NCBI GenBank assembly: GCA_965213705.1
Contig: OZ243913.1
Location: 3,232,001-3,296,000, forward strand
DNA from: Trueperaceae bacterium
GTDB taxonomy: Bacteria > Deinococcota > Deinococci > Deinococcales > Trueperaceae
Direction: 5' to 3'
DNA: 64,000 bases
Under the pieces are notes generated by a model. The model had not been told where the DNA came from and searched no databases. It worked only from the letters and a program-made list of their open reading frames with translations. Within the stretch, counting starts at the first letter, position 1; every line of letters starts with the position of its first letter. This document shows positions 63,515 through 64,000 of this stretch, piece by piece. The position numbers and the translations under genes were made by a program.

Positions 63515-64000
63515 ATGGAGTTTATCGAACCCGCCGCGCTTTTCCCTGCCGGTGCGCGCGCGCCCAGCCGTCGCCTTTTGGACGTGCGCGCGCCGGTCGA
63601 GGTGGCGGCGGGGGCGCTGCCGTTCGCGCTCAACCTGCCCATCCTGACGACCGAGGAGCGGCACCGGGTGGGCCTGCGTTACAAGGAAGCGGGCCAGGCG
63701 GCGGCGATAGCGTTGGGCGAGGCGCTGACCCGCAGCGACTTGCCGCGCCGCATCGAAGGCTGGACCGAGGTTTGCGTGGCCGCCCCCACCGCCGTCTTGT
63801 GCTGGCGCGGCGGTTTGCGGAGCCGGCTCGCCCAAGAATTTATCCAGACGTCGAGTCAGGACGTGCCGCGCGTGCGGGGCGGTTACAAGGCGTTGCGTCA
63901 TCACCTGGTGAACAACCTGGACGCCTCGCTGGCGCGCAAACGCACGCTCACCATCACCGGGCTCACCGGCTCGGGCAAAACCGAGCTGTTGGAACGCTTG
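63515..64000 (+). CDS. selU: tRNA 2-selenouridine synthase (rhodanese + P-loop), truncated by window edge
   Basis: Not in the ORF track. Manual translation gives LLDVRAPVE...NLPIL..EERHRVG..YK..GQ.AAI.LG, CWRGGLRS, GGYKALR, GLTGSGKT. Confidence 0.9.
   Translation, partial: MEFIEPAALFPAGARAPSRRLLDVRAPVEVAAGALPFALNLPILTTEERHRVGLRYKEAGQAAAIALGEALTRSDLPRRIEGWTEVCVAAPTAVLCWRGGLRSRLAQEFIQTSSQDVPRVRGGYKALRHHLVNNLDASLARKRTLTITGLTGSGKTELLERL

Overview
This is a GC-rich bacterial chromosomal segment, most likely Deinococcota (Truepera-like). That assignment is inferred from gene content, many apparently leaderless genes and strong CTCGAG enrichment. In order, the window holds: a cobalamin-riboswitch-controlled btuFC pair; a PAS/GAF histidine kinase preceded by an unannotated structured RNA candidate; tgt, proC, mce, ansA and two diguanylate cyclases; a stand-alone ThsB/MTH538-like TIR gene; and an arg region (argA-like, argH, argG) interrupted by antitoxin-PIN-kptA and a GNAT gene with an in-frame amber stop. 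The centre is a ~24 kb tryptophan/anthranilate catabolic cluster. It contains kynA, a kynU-like gene, two Liv-type ABC systems, an HGGxW hydrolase, an isatin-hydrolase-like cyclase, a ComDE-like ThDP decarboxylase pair and the 2-aminobenzoyl-CoA abm operon with MarR. After it come more toxin-antitoxin modules, nagA/kinase/nagB, upp, an orphan immunity-like gene, wecA/wecB, the four-gene exonuclease-ligase-Lhr-PdeM DNA repair operon (first gene apparently starting at ATC), a LOV histidine kinase and the start of selU. The strongest candidates for something new are the proposed isatin-to-anthranilate branch using the ComDE-like decarboxylase, the structured RNA near 5.03-5.35 kb, the heptamer-built dispersed repeat family and the iterated CTCGAG palindrome. 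All calls come from motif recognition by eye; no database searches were run.
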